From Octopus vulgaris (lineage: Eukaryota), in assembly GCA_951406725.2 (NCBI GenBank), contig OX597821.1, positions 109,616,001 through 109,680,000 of the forward strand: a stretch of 64,000 bases of DNA. Direction: 5' to 3'. Below the pieces are notes generated by a model, which was given only the letters and a program-made list of their open reading frames with translations, was not told where the DNA came from and did not search any database. Each line of letters opens with the position of its first letter. Positions within the stretch are counted from its first letter, which is position 1. Shown piece after piece: positions 41,994 to 56,529 of this stretch. The position numbers were made by a program, and so were the translations under genes.

Positions 41994-42285
41994 GTTTGTA
42001 AAGTGTTTCCGTGTAATCACTTACTATCTTGATTGTTTTAAGGTAAGAGACACTCACGATGGTGTTTGAAACTGGGTCAAGATAAAGACAATAACAGCAG
42101 GTGCACACTATTATACAACAAACACAAACGCACACACAGACACAAACACTCACACGCACACATACACACATATATTCCTTTATAAGCATGTATATACGTA
42201 TTTCTATGTACTTAAACATATACACAGTAATGTCTGGAAATATGTGTGTATGGGTGTGAGCGTGTGTGTGTGTATACATTTACAT

Positions 42286-42368
<83 letters not shown>

Positions 42369-42879
42369 TATATGTGTATGTATATACGTGTATGTATATA
42401 TGTGTATATATATATGTATGTGTGTAAGTATGTATGTATGTACACATACACACACATGCATATGTATATACATATTCACACACACACACACACATATACA
42501 TATATATATATGTATATTCTTTTATTATTTTGTTTGTTTCAGCCATTTGGTTGCGGCCATGCTGGAGCAACGCCTTTAGTCGAACTAATCGACCCCAGGA
42601 GTTATTCTCTGTAAGCACTCTGTAAGTACTTATTCTATCGATATCTTGTATATATATACATATATGTATGTATGTATGTATGTATTTATGTATGCCGAGA
42701 GAGAGGGAGAGAGAGAGAGAGGGGGGGTAGAATTTCTAAATGTTAAAAACTTCCATTTTACCTGAGCATCAAACTAATATAATACAGCTTCCCTCACCTC
42801 TATGTCTTTCTTTCTTTCTAATATTTTGAACCACCTAGATACATACACAGATAATCCAGACATATACATATACTTGAGA

Positions 42880-43196
<317 letters not shown>

Positions 43197-43530
43197 CACG
43201 CTGTCACCCACCACACATACATACAGAGAGACAAATCTTATAAAATATTTGCCGGATATAAACATTTTTAACCCTCTTATAGTGTATTAACGGTAATTAT
43301 CTCGATACGTAAGTTCACACGAGAGACCAACCCCTACTGGCAACAACAAACAACAGCTTGAGAGAATGTACTTTGAAAATACGTAAAACACATAAAAAGC
43401 AAGAAAAAAAAGAAATCAAAAACAAGAAAGAAATAAATAAATAGATAAATAAATAGATATACAAACAAATAAACAAATAACATAATAAAAATTGGGATAG
43501 TGTGATACGCAAATATATGCACACACACTC

Positions 43531-43561
<31 letters not shown>

Positions 43562-43662
43562 TGTATGTATGTATGTATGTATGTATGTGGGCGTGTGTGT
43601 ATATATGTAGATAGAAGATAAATGACAGATGACTGTTGCAGTCAAGAGATAACATAAGTATG

Positions 43663-43706
<44 letters not shown>

Positions 43707-43947
43707 TATATATGTATGTATACGAACATGTATATACACATACACACACACACTCACATATATATATATATATATGCATATATATGTATATATATATGTA
43801 TATATATTATATATTATATATATATGTATATATGTATATATATCATATATATATATATACATACTTATAAACACACATATACATACATTTATATATACAT
43901 ACATATATACATACATGCATATATATATATATACACACACATATATA

Positions 43948-44513
43948 CAGCGGTCGGACGAAATAATGGAAACTCCTAGCATTATAGCATCGTAATTCTG
44001 AAATATCTATAAAACCGTCAAAAGCTTGTTTATTTTTATGGTTTTTTTTAAAATTTATTATTAGTGTTGCTGAATAAGTTTTACTAAAATTACTGTTTCT
44101 TTTCAGATATCACAAAAAGGTAGTTAAAATTTATTAAAATGACAGATCTATCGAACTTCAAAGAGGTCAAGTTGTTGGTGCTCGTATGGCAGGCGCTAGC
44201 GTAACGAAAACAGCCGAAATGTTTGGTGCATCAAGAAGTACTGTCTCGAAAGTAATATCTTTTGAGAAAGAGGGTAAAAAATCCTCCTCGTCGAAACAAA
44301 ACTCCGGAAGAAAACCAAAACTTTCAGATAGGGACCGTCGGAACCATAAGCGAATTGTTAGAAAGTATCACGAAAGTACAGCTCCCAAGTACACCTCAAG
44401 AACCTAGTTTCCGCAAAAGCTGTTCGCCGGGAGCTGCACAAAGCCGGATTTCACGGGAGAGCTGCTATCAGAAAACCACTATTTTAAAAACAATCGTTTC
44501 AAAGGAATTGACG

Positions 44514-44556
<43 letters not shown>

Positions 44557-45272
44557 TCTGCAGCTTAATTTGACGAAACACGGGAAAACGAAAAGAAAAA
44601 ACAAGAGTTGGGTAAAACCCCACAGCAGTGATGGAATGTTATTTTCTCGGACGAGTCATCCTTTACCTTTTTTCCAACCACCGGCTGAGTATATATGCGG
44701 AGACAGACAAAAGAAGCATTTGACCCAGACTGCCTTCTTCCAACTCTTAAACATGGTGGACGATCTATGATGATCTGGGGCGGAGGAGGGGGACTATATC
44801 TTGCAAATCCGCCGGCCCAATGGTTTCCCTTCATCGCAGATTTAATAGTTAAGGCTATTTAAGTATTTTATCTGATCAAATTCATGCTATGGTTGCGGAA
44901 CTGTTTCCGGAGGTAAACGCAATCTTTCAGTATGATAATCCAGCATTTCACACGGCTAAAGTTGTTACTGAATCGTACGAGGAACATTTTAGTGACGTCG
45001 AACATCTTATCTAGCAACCACAGTCCACAGATATCAATATTCTTGAACATTTATGGTGCATTTTAGAAAAAACAAGTAAGGAGTCGATAACCTCCACCAT
45101 CATCACTACAAGAACTGGAGACTGTTTTAGCTGAAGAATGGACAAAACTTTCTTTGGAAACAATTCAAACTTTGTACGAGTCCATACCTCGTACAATTCA
45201 AGCTGTAATTACTGCCAAAGCAATCCTACCCCATATAAAAATAAATTTGTTTGAAATTTTGTCTCACCCTTG
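43948..45272 (+). mobile_element. Decayed Tc1-like transposon, DD36E spacing
   Basis: TA-flanked degenerate TIRs; HTH region GQVVGARMAGASVTKTAEMFG..SGRKPKLSDRD; IFSDES; KHGG..MIWG; D-NPAFH...QSTDINIL-E spaced by 36 codons; stops and frameshifts. Confidence 0.9.
44514..44589 (+). pseudogene. 18S rRNA fragment inserted in the transposase
   Basis: gaaacttaaaggaattgacggaagggcaccaccaggagtggag.ctgc.gcttaatttgac..aacacgggaaaac matches conserved eukaryotic SSU rRNA (NS5 primer site); about 4 differences from the remembered consensus. Confidence 0.9.
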
Positions 45273-45284
45273 TATATACATACA

Positions 45285-45320
<36 letters not shown>

Positions 45321-45484
45321 TACATGTACATATATATGTACGTATGTATATATGTATATATATATATATATATACGTTTAAATATTTGTTGTGCAAGATT
45401 TTTTATGTGAAGTTGTGTGTTGAAATATATATAGTGCGTGTGTTTTTCTTGGCTAAACTGGCTATATGACCATTCCGAAATATA

Positions 45485-45950
45485 ACAAGTAAGGTGGAGA
45501 GAAGGTTCCGCTAGGTTTCTCAAAAGCAAAGAACACAGGTACAAGATTTTCTGGGCAGGGAACTGCGAAGAAATGGGTTGATAAGGTAATCGAGGTAGTC
45601 AGAGTATGAGACAGAATACTTAAGATTAGATTAGTGCTTCATCGTGGGTTAGCAACCATTATCTCGGCCTATCCCGCTCAGCCGGGGTTACCTGAGGGTC
45701 AGAAAGACCGATTTTATGACACCATCTTGCAGACTACCTCGTTGATGAATGACAGGGACCTACTCTTTGTGGCTGGTGCCTTCAATGGACATATTGGGCA
45801 AAATACAGGAGGCTTCCATGGCGTACTTAGAGGCTATGGTTTTGGTTCCCGCAATGAGGAGGGAAACAGGATGCTGGAGTTCTGCGATGTAAATGACCTT
45901 ATGATTTGCAATACTAACTTCAGGAAACCAGCCAGTCACCTAGTCACTGC
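45485..45950 (+). pseudogene. RTE LINE apurinic-like endonuclease fragment
   Basis: DRILKIRL..IISAYPAQPGL..KDRFYD..VAGAFNGHIG..GYGFGSRNEEGNRMLEFC..LMICNTNFRKPASHLVT. Confidence 0.88.
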
Positions 45951-45988
45951 CTATAAATGCCAAAATCTTCCCAGGCGAATAACATATG

Positions 45989-46118
<130 letters not shown>

Positions 46119-46783
46119 AGTATATATATGTACGTATGTATGTATGTATATATACATATATACATATATGTGTGTGTGTGTGTGTGTGTATGTATATATA
46201 TATATATATAGACACACGCACAGACACACACACACATATATATACATACATACATACATAAATACATGCATGCACACACACAGACATATAAACATACATT
46301 CGTGGAAATACACACGCATACACACAGACCTAGACATTGATATATCAAACTCATCGCCTCCCATTCTTCTGTCATTCCATTGTGCAGTCGTCAGTCTCAG
46401 ATACAAACAGTTCACAAATACTATTGGTTCATCTTTAAAACACAATTGTTTGTCACACATGCATTAATAGTACACATGCGTACCATTATTTTTGGTATTT
46501 GGTGACGTCAGCATACGCTGTTAGTGCACATACCTTACAGCGAAATATTTTCTGTAGTCAACGAGGCCTTGACTTACCAAACTAAAATTTTTGGCTGTTT
46601 ACGTAAAACAATTTTTTTTATTTTGGTATGAGCTCTGTCACAGAATTCTATAATACAAAAAATAATTCAAATTACTTAACATGTGACTTACCATTATTGG
46701 TATTGTTGCCCTTGTGGCTAATAAAATAATAAAAGAATTATCGCTGTTGTTGTTGTTACTATTATTCGTAATTTTATTATCAA

Positions 46784-47798
46784 CGCGGCGAGCAGGCAGT
46801 ACCGTCAGCACGCCAAGCAAAAGACTTAGCGCTGTTTCGTCTGCCTTTACGTTCTGAGTTCAAATTCCGCCGAGGTCGACTTTGCGTTTCATCTTCTCAG
46901 GATCGATAAATTAAGTACCAGTTAAACACTGGGGTCTATGTAATTGACTAGTCCCCTCCCCTAAAATTTCAAGCCTTGTGCCTATAGCAGAAAGGATTAT
47001 TATTATTATTATTATTGACGGCGGCGAGCTAGCAGAATCATTAGTACCCCGGGCGAAATGCTTAGCGGTATATCGTCTGCCGTTACGTTCTGAGTTCAAA
47101 TTCCGCCGAGGTTGACTTTACTTTTCATGCTTTCGGGGTCGATAAATTAAGTACCAGTGACGCACTGGGGTCCATGTAATCGACTTAATCCGTTTGTTTG
47201 TCCTTGTTTGTCCTCTGTGTTTAGCCCCTTGTGGGTAGTAAAGAAATAGGTATTTCGTCTGCCGTTACGTTCTGAGTTCAAATTCCGCCGAGGTTGACTT
47301 TACCTTTCATCCTTTCGGGGTCGATAAATTAAGTACCAGTGACGCACTGGGCTCGATGTAATCGACTCAATCCGTTTGTCTGTACTTGTTTGTCCCCTCT
47401 ATGTTTAGCCCCTTGTGGGCAATAAAGAAATAGGTATTTCGTCCGGCTTTACGTTTTGAGGTAGACTTTGCAACTACCGAGGTCGACTTTGCGTTTCATC
47501 TTTTCAGGGTCGATAAATTAAGTACCAGTTGCGTAATGGGGTCGATGTAATCGACTGGCCCCATCCCCCAAAATTTCGGGACTTGTGCCTAAAGTAAAAA
47601 AGAATCGTTAACACCCTGAAAGAAATACTTAGCGACATTTCACTCGTCGCTGCGTTGTGAGTTCAAATTCCACCGAAGTCGGCTTTGCCTTCCATCCTTC
47701 TGGGATCGATACATTAAGTACCAGTTGAACACTGGGGTCGATGTAATCGACTAGTCCTCTCCCTAAAAGTTTCAAGCCTTGTGCCTTTAGTAGAAAAG

Positions 47799-47858
<60 letters not shown>

Positions 47859-48150
47859 GTTGTTGTTGTTGTTAACGTGTCGGATGAAATGCTTAGTGTC
47901 ATTTCTTCCGACTCTTTACGTACTGAACCCAAATCACGTCGAGGTAGACTTTGACTTTCATCCTTTGTATGTCGATAAAATAAGTACCAGTGAAGCACTG
48001 GGGTCGATATCGTAGAGTAGTCCCATTCCACGAGATTTCGGCTTTCCTGGGGCTACAGTAGAAAGAATTGTCGGTCAGCAGGTAGAACTGTTAGCACACC
48101 GGACAAAATCCTCTGTCGCATTTCATCCGGCCCTTGGCATTCTGAGTTCA
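46784..48150 (+). mobile_element. Array of family B SINEs including a head-to-tail trimer (47020-47605)
   Basis: Seven or more bodies; junctions aaagaaata|ggtatttcgtc at 47249 and 47433 (period 184 bp). Confidence 0.92.
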
Positions 48151-48194
48151 AAACCAACTCATCTTAACTTTGCCAATATACATCTATATGTGTG

Positions 48195-48257
<63 letters not shown>

Positions 48258-48261
<4 letters not shown>

Positions 48262-48466
48262 TTTTACTTGTTTCAGTCATTTACTGCGCCCGTGCTGGAG
48301 CACCGCATTTAGTCAAGAAAATCGACCCCAGGACTTATTCTTTGTAAGCCTAGTACTTATTCTATTGGGGTCTTTTTTGCCGAACCGCTAAGTTACGTGG
48401 ACGTAAACACACTAGCATCGGTTTCAAGCGATGTTGGTGGGGACAAACACAGACACACAAACGTAT

Positions 48467-48533
<67 letters not shown>

Positions 48534-49296
48534 ACCGAGATAGTACAAATGCTTGGCCCATTCGTACTATCTCGGTTGGCGTTTATCAGATGACGTTAGA
48601 GATCAGAGGGGAGACAAATGGCATTCGCTTCGTTAATTTTAAGTCGTAATAAAAATTTGAGACAAGTTATCCAACAGCTGGTATTCAAATTGGGATTGGA
48701 ATAATAGAATGCTTGCATTCTATTATTCTATTATCCGTCCTTAACTGCTGACATTTTAGACATATCATAGTCCTACAGTTTAACCTCATAGTTATGCTAT
48801 TTAGGCCCAATTAGCCCTCCACAGGAGCTATCAGAAATGTCCGCACGGGATGAAGCTTTAAAGATAGTATATAATATACATATTCGTTTATTCTCTTACA
48901 CGCTTCATTCATTTGACTACGGCCATGCTGGAGCACTGCCTTTATAGTTTTAGCCGAAGAAATCGACCCCATGACGAATTCTTTATAGGCCAAGTACTTA
49001 TTCTATCGGTCTCATAAGCACACCGCGATCGCTCGTCAAGGGATTTTGAGGGAACAAACGCAGACACAAATACCTTCTTTCAGTTTCTGTCTCCCAAATC
49101 CACTCGCAAGGCCTTGGTCGGCCCGAAGCTATAGTAGAAGACGCCCAAGGTGCCACGCAGTGGGACTGAACCCGGAACCATGTGGTTGGGAAGCAAGCTT
49201 CTTATCACACAGCCACGCCTTCACCTACACCCATACACACATATACACACAATTGTATGTATGCATGTATGTATGTATATATATATATATATACGC

Positions 49297-49336
<40 letters not shown>

Positions 49337-50285
49337 ATATACATCCGTATAAGGTATCATTACGGGTGTAAAATATATTGCTAATGAATTTCTTAAGAAA
49401 CGGTAAATAAAGGCTAATTGCACACATATTAGTTATAGACTACAGAACCACACGAAATTTTCACAATGCCTTTTGCTGATTAAACTAACAGGGTGCCAGG
49501 TCAGACAGAAGTTTTTATAATTGTTGGTGTCTCCGTTATTATGGTTATTATTTCAATTTCTTTCCTTTTTCCTGTGGGATACGCACAATATTTCCTGCTA
49601 TAGAAAAATGTCTTATTTGCAGCATTGTAGAACAATCTGGAAAAAACATTACAACTTTGAACATTTTAAACGGGGAGGCGGGTTTTAAAAAATATGACTA
49701 AAAAACTGACTGGCAAACGGCAAATGCAGTCTAAGTCATCTGACTCAATTCTCACTAATGTTGTCGTTTGTTCAAACTTCGCTTTTTCACGAAGAATTCG
49801 TCAGACAGACACGTGATTCTGTGTAAGCTTGGATTCAAAATGAAACAACCTTGGGGCGAAGACCAAGCTTCTTGAGAGTAAATATACAGAATATTTTTTA
49901 TCATTCGCTTGTTTTTGTCATTAGATTGCGGCCACGCTGAAGCACCACCATAAAGAAGAATTCTTTTATTCGAATGAATCGACCCCAGTATTAATTTTTT
50001 TTTAAGCCTGGTACCTATTCTACCAGGCTTTTTGGCCAAACCGCTAAGTTACGGGAACGTAAACAAACCAGCACCGGTTGTTAAGCAGTGTTCGGAACAG
50101 ACACAGACTCAAAAATGCACGCACACATAAATACTATAGGTTTCCTTCAGTTTCCGTCCACCAAAGCACTCACAAGCCTTTAGTCGGCCTAAGGCTATAG
50201 TAGAAGACACTTCCCCAAGGTGCCATGCAGTGGGACTGAACCCAGAACCAGCAAGTCTCTTATTACACAACCACACCTGCACCTA
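48258..50285 (-). mobile_element. Region with three family A SINE copies (48258-48470, 48890-49220, 49900-50285)
   Basis: Family A tail/body/head motifs on the minus strand, separated by unique and microsatellite DNA. Confidence 0.75.
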
Positions 50286-50867
50286 TATAGTAGAATATGC
50301 TAGGGAATATTTTATCTTTTTACACGTTTCAGCCCTAAGACTGTGGCCATGCTGGTGCACTGCCAATGAAAAAGAATATAGATCATCTGCCGAGTGTTGA
50401 AACGCTGGATATAATTATGAAACAGTAAAGGAATTTAGGATTTAAGTCAGAAAAGAATGTTAGTGACTTGGCAGTAAAGTTCTTTGGAAAATTGCAATAA
50501 ATGGCGAAATATAAATTTGCTAAGTGAGAAAAAATATACGAAAGAGACCCCAGCTGAAATGTGTAATTGTAAAAATCGCTCATCGAAACCTATCAAAATG
50601 GAGGTGGTTATGGCTTAAAACTGGGAATGAAAGAAACATTGTTTTAAAACCATTCGTTCTACGCAACTGAAATAACGTTAAAATAAATCACCATATTTGT
50701 ATATCATGCTAAACCGTTACAAGGCATGGTGCTGTGGAATTGTCTGAAATAAAATATCTTCATAAACTTGTTATGTTAAGCCCCAAGAAACATCTGTCGT
50801 TCCCATGAATCTCTACCACGACCCTTATTGCAGATGAAATAGAATTTTTGATAGGCCTCATGAGGTT

Positions 50868-51148
50868 GAGGTGCGTGGCGTAGTAAGGAGCGTGTTGCAC
50901 TCACGATGGTAAGACCATGGTTTCGATTCCGAACGGTGATTTGTGTTCTTGGACATAACACTTCATCTCACATTGTTCCAGCCCGCTCCATTGTAAATGG
51001 GTTCCAGCAATAAGTGGGAAGTTATCCCTGGAACAGACTAGCATCCCCTTCAAGGAGGGTAAGACAGTTGTGACCCCGGTCGTTTATATGCCATAGAATC
51101 CGGGTTGAGCTCTGGACTTACAAGTCCTAAATCTCGTGACAAGCTTAA
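50868..51148 (+). mobile_element. Old tRNA-derived SINE: family C-like head with V-domain-like 3' part
   Basis: ggtttcgattcc, tgtgttcttggacataacactt, ccctggaacagactagcatcccc. Confidence 0.6.
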
Positions 51149-51334
51149 GTCTAGGCCAGCTCATTAGCGTTGACTACTTCAATTTATTTTCACATTGAAG
51201 CTTGTGACAACAAAATGTACGCCCAGACGACACTGAGTTACAATTTCTCAACATACACGTTGTCTTAATACTTATGTGGCCTTCATTATGCGCCACCAAG
51301 CATAATGAGATAAAACCCAAAATCTTTTTCGTCA

Positions 51335-51797
51335 GGCGTAGGAGTGGCTGTGTGGTAAGTAGCTTGCTTGCGACCAATAACATAGTTCCGGGTTCAGTCC
51401 CACTGCGTGGCACCTTGGGCAAGTGTCTTCTACTATAGCCTTGGGCCAACCAAAGCCTTGTGAGTGGATTTGGTAGATGGAAACTGAAAGAAGCCCGTCG
51501 TATATATGTGTATGTATATATATATATGTGTGTGTGTGTGCGTGTGTGTGTGTATGTGTGTGTGTATGTATGTGTATATGTTTGTGTGTCTGTGTTTGTT
51601 CCCCCCAACATCGCTTGACAAGCGATGCTGGTGTGTTTACGTCTCCGTAACTTTGCGGTTCGGCAAAAGAGACCGATAGAATAAGTACTAGGCCTGCAAG
51701 GAATAAGTCCTGGGGACGATTTGCTCAACTAAAGGCGGAGCTCCAGCATGGCCGCAGTCAAATGACTGAAACAAGTAAAAGAGTAAAGAGTAAAAGA
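51335..51797 (+). mobile_element. Full-length family A SINE
   Basis: Complete head, internal microsatellite and tail. Confidence 0.92.
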
Positions 51798-52814
51798 GAG
51801 AGATATGAAAATAAATAACCGCCATATTTCATGATAGATTAATTATACGCTGTGGCTTCTTTCTATGTTCTCTGTAAGGAGAAGATCAACGGTGACCCCT
51901 TTTTGTTTATCGTATCTCTCCCCGTCATAAATGTTGAGTAAGGACCGAAAGAGTAGGGTCTTGAAAAGAAGGGGCTGAAACAGGGTTCTTCCAATTGATC
52001 TTTGTAGTAAGGTTACTCGACAGGGTATCTTGCTCCGAGATCAGGGAGTCCTTCTAGGGCGACTCGTTACATTTCCGTATTGAGGAGTCACAACTAAGGC
52101 ACAGTGGACATGTGATTAAAACGCCACAGGAAAGAATCACAAGACGGATACTTCAAGCCAAACCACCCGGAAGGAGACCTAGGGGCATATACAGAACGAG
52201 ATGGTTGGTTGGATGGTACCCATAGTCACAGTCGGACGTGTTCGGGAATCTAGCAGAAAATGGCAACGCCAGTTGCTTTTTATAGGAAAATCTCTAGAAG
52301 GTGCATCAGGAGACATCGTCTTCGACCCTCACACGACTAGTGGGTGCAGGAAAGGGATGGATAGATATACAGAAGAAAGGGATGCTGTTGTTCCTGTCTT
52401 CATTCATTTATTTATTTGCGTAAGGGACATTGTGTTTTGACCACACCAAATATTATTTGCACATTGAGGGACTGGCTAACGTATGTTTAATTAACGTCTG
52501 TATATAAACACATTTGAAACACACACACATACACGCACGCACATATGTTTGTATGTATGTATGTATGTATGTATGTATGTGTGTATCTATGTATGTATGT
52601 ATGTGTGTATGTATGTATGTATGTATGTGTGTATGTATGTATGCATGTATGGGGACAGTCACAGAGAGTTATGTACAGGTGTTAAACATAAACGACAATA
52701 TGTTATTGTCGATTGAAGTATTACCTGTTTAACTGACTCACTAAGAAATATAAAGTTAATATATATACTTATTTTAAATGTTTATTTCAGTACGTATATA
52801 TATATATATATATA

Positions 52815-53543
52815 TATTTATTTATTTATTTTATTTTATTTTTTATTTTTATTTTTATAGTTTCAGCTCACGAGCTGTGGCCATTCTGGGGCACCGCCAT
52901 TTGGTGTTGCTACATGATTTTACTTCACGAATGCTTTTTAGCAACTGCTATTTGGTGCATGAGAGAGTTCGATGCAGCTGCCCTCATCTGCACCTCCTGC
53001 CGTGAAGTTGGTTCATCCGGGACACCTGGCAGGAAGAGATCCAGTCCTACTTTAAAGACATCCGCATCCACCCCATGCAGGTCCCTCAGGTTCTTCGGGA
53101 GGATATTGAAGAGCTGTGGGCCTCCGAAGCCCAGGCTATCACAGTATCTTGTCCTACATCTTGATGGCAAATTTGGAGTCCTTGGCACCACGCAGTGGCG
53201 CCCAGTTCTGGCATTTGTGTAACTCTCGATGCCAAAGTTTGGGACAAGTCCTTCCAGGATCTTCCAGATGTATATTATGGCATATCTTTCTCGCCTACGC
53301 TCCAAGGAATAGAGTTTTAATCTCTTGAGTCTTTCCCAGTAGCTTATATGCTGCACAGAGGCTATCTTCTTCGTGTAGCTTCGTTGGATCGCCTCAAGTT
53401 CTGTGATCAACTTGACACTGGATGGTGACCATAGCTGAGAGCAATAGTCAAAGTGGCTTAGGACAAGTGTCCTCCAGAGGACCATCATGGTTTCTTGGTC
53501 TCTTGTTCTAAAGGTTCTAAGAATCCATCCGACCAGCCGTCTA
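52815..53543 (-). mobile_element. 5'-truncated CR1/L2-group LINE (ORF2 C-terminus, 3'UTR, (TAAAA)n tail)
   Basis: Open frame 52925-53543 GWILRTFRTR..LWRTLVLSHFDYCSQLWSP..YWERLKRLKLYSLERRRERYAIIYIWKIL..LFNILP..VPDEP. Confidence 0.9.
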
Positions 53544-53552
53544 CATTTATAT

Positions 53553-53748
53553 ACTCTTTTTACTTGTTTCAGTCATTTGACTGCGACCATACTGGAGCAC
53601 CGCCTTTAATCGAGCAACTCAACCCCGGGACTTATTCCTTTGTAAGCCCAGTACTTATTCTATCGGTCTCTTATGCCGAACCGCTAAGTAACGGGGACAT
53701 AAACACACCAGCATCGGTTGTCAAGCAATGCTTGGGGGACAAACACAG

Positions 53749-53823
<75 letters not shown>

Positions 53824-53988
53824 TACGACAGGCTTCTTTTAGTTTCCGTCTACCAAATCCACTCACAAGGTTTCGGTCGGCCCGAGGCTATAGCAGAAGA
53901 CACTTGCCCAAGATGCCACGCAGTGGGACTGAACTCGGAACCATGTGGTTGGTTAGCAAGCTACTTACCACACAGCCACTCCTGCGCC
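53553..53988 (-). mobile_element. Full-length family A SINE with triplicated 5' end
   Basis: Complete copy; 18-bp unit (t/c)agccactcctgcgccta x3 at 53972-54025. Confidence 0.92.
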
Positions 53989-54405
53989 TATAGCCACTCC
54001 TGCGCCTATAGCCACTCCTGCGCCTATATATATATGTCGTTACTGTCCTGTTTTTGTTACCATTTTTACCCCTCCCCAAAAAGATCTCAAATTTTATTTA
54101 ATTTGCTTTTCGCGGGAAGGAAAGTTTCAATCGAAGATGCGTATCGCCTTCACCTTCGAAACGCAGAGTAGATGAAACCATGGCGACTGAAGAAGGGGAG
54201 TTTTCCTTGTGTTATTTGTCCTGTACTCTATTTTTTCGTTGTTTAAGAAAAATGTCCAGTTCCTTGGGTTTGTGTCTATGTTTTCGTTTCTCATTGTGTT
54301 CGACGTTTTTTTGTGTGTCCTGTACCCATATATGCGTGTATATATACATGTAGAGGTAGGTACGTACATATATGTATGTATATATGCATATGTTTCATTT
54401 ATTAA

Positions 54406-54447
<42 letters not shown>

Positions 54448-54502
54448 CATATACATATACATATACATAATACATAAACATATATATATATATTAATAAA
54501 AG

Positions 54503-54545
<43 letters not shown>

Positions 54546-54733
54546 TATATATACGACGGGCTTCTTTCAGCTTCCATCTACCAAATCTATTTAGAAGGCT
54601 TTGGTCGGTCCGAGGCTATAGTAAAAGACACATGCCCAAGGTGAAACGCAGTGGGACTGAACCCGGAACTATGTTATTGTTAAACAAGCTATTTACCACA
54701 CAGCCACTCCAGCGCCGATGTATATATACATAC

Positions 54734-54788
<55 letters not shown>

Positions 54789-54999
54789 TATTTGTCAATG
54801 TGTGTGCGTGTGTGGCTCTGTGTGTGTGTGCGTGTGTGTGTGTGCGTTTGTGTGTGTGTGCGTGTATAAGTGAAGCTCTCCGTATGTGCTTTTGTATTCA
54901 AATATAAGTTATGAGTCTACATAACATCACGCCACAATTAGTTATTGCTGACAAGAAAGTATTAATATATGACTATATATACATACATACATACATACA

Positions 55000-55060
<61 letters not shown>

Positions 55061-55066
55061 GTGTGT

Positions 55067-55154
<88 letters not shown>

Positions 55155-55327
55155 CATATACCATGCTTGACTTCGTATCTGGTCCGTCATCAACAATAGC
55201 GACATATATAACACGCCTCACTTATTGACAATTAAGCAACACTGTATACAAATTTCATATCTGCGTGGTAGCGTGTATGACTAAGCTCGTGTGAATTTCG
55301 ACTGTGTATGAAGTGCTTGTGTGCCTC

Positions 55328-55365
<38 letters not shown>

Positions 55366-55682
55366 TGTGGGGGTGTGGGTGTGTGTGTGTTGTTGTTGTT
55401 GTTGGTGGTGGTGGTGTTGTTCTGGTTATTTACACGCGAACAATTCTGTTTGCCCTGGGGTGATGTAGACGAAATGTAAAAAATGATATTCTCGAGGTAT
55501 TGCATCGCAACAACGTTGTTCCATCCACTCATCCATCCATCCATCTACCTACCTACCTACCTACCTACCTACCTACCTACCTGCTGCGTACCTGACTATC
55601 TATCTATCTAACTACCTACCTACCCACCTACCTACCTACATGCTGCGTACCTGTCTATCTATCTATCTAACTATCTATCTAC

Positions 55683-55717
<35 letters not shown>

Positions 55718-55762
55718 CCCACCTGCCTACCTACCTACGTACCTACCTACCTACTTAACTAC

Positions 55763-55803
<41 letters not shown>

Positions 55804-55890
55804 CATCTATCATTCAAAATGTGACCGCGTGTGTACCGTTGGCGATTTTTTCCCTCCCTCTTCCTTTCTCTGGAGCTTTCCTTTTCCTAT

Positions 55891-55925
55891 GTTTCTGACG
55901 AAGAGCTCCGCTCGAAACGTAAAAC
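55891..55925 (+). ncRNA. Minimal type I hammerhead ribozyme motif (family P2, intact)
   Basis: GTTT-CTGACGA-A-GAGC-TCC-GCTC-GAAA-CG-TA-AAAC inside a repeat at about 55818-56028. Confidence 0.82.
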
Positions 55926-56030
55926 CCTCCTTCTTCCCTTCCTTCCTGAGCGTCCAACAATACTATATTTGTTCCACGTCCTCGCGTTGTTGTGTTTTCT
56001 CTTTTTGCTTTAATGTTTGGATTAACTATA

Positions 56031-56097
<67 letters not shown>

Positions 56098-56335
56098 TTC
56101 TGTTAATCTGTTTTACTCTGTGTGTGAATGAGTGTATACACAGACACGCACGCAAACACACACGCACATACATACACATACACGCAAACATACACACATT
56201 TTTAAGCATATATTGTTCAAAACAGTTTGATTCGGATTCTGAATATTACTATTAATATTAACATACATACATATTAATATTTAGCAGAAGCAAAGTGTCG
56301 AGACTTCCGTGTGTCAGCATACCTATACATGTATG

Positions 56336-56382
<47 letters not shown>

Positions 56383-56414
56383 TATGTATATATATTTATA
56401 ATAATATATATATA

Positions 56415-56462
<48 letters not shown>

Positions 56463-56529
56463 CTTTGGTCTCTAATGTATACATAAGAGACCAAAGTATA
56501 CGTACGCTGCCATAAGTATATAAAAAGGA

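Noticed and set aside
44514-44589. Functional rRNA gene
   Set aside because: Only 76 nt, mutated and embedded in a transposon
46784-48150. CRISPR-like array
   Set aside because: Units are whole SINE bodies of about 184 bp without unique spacers; eukaryotic context, no cas genes
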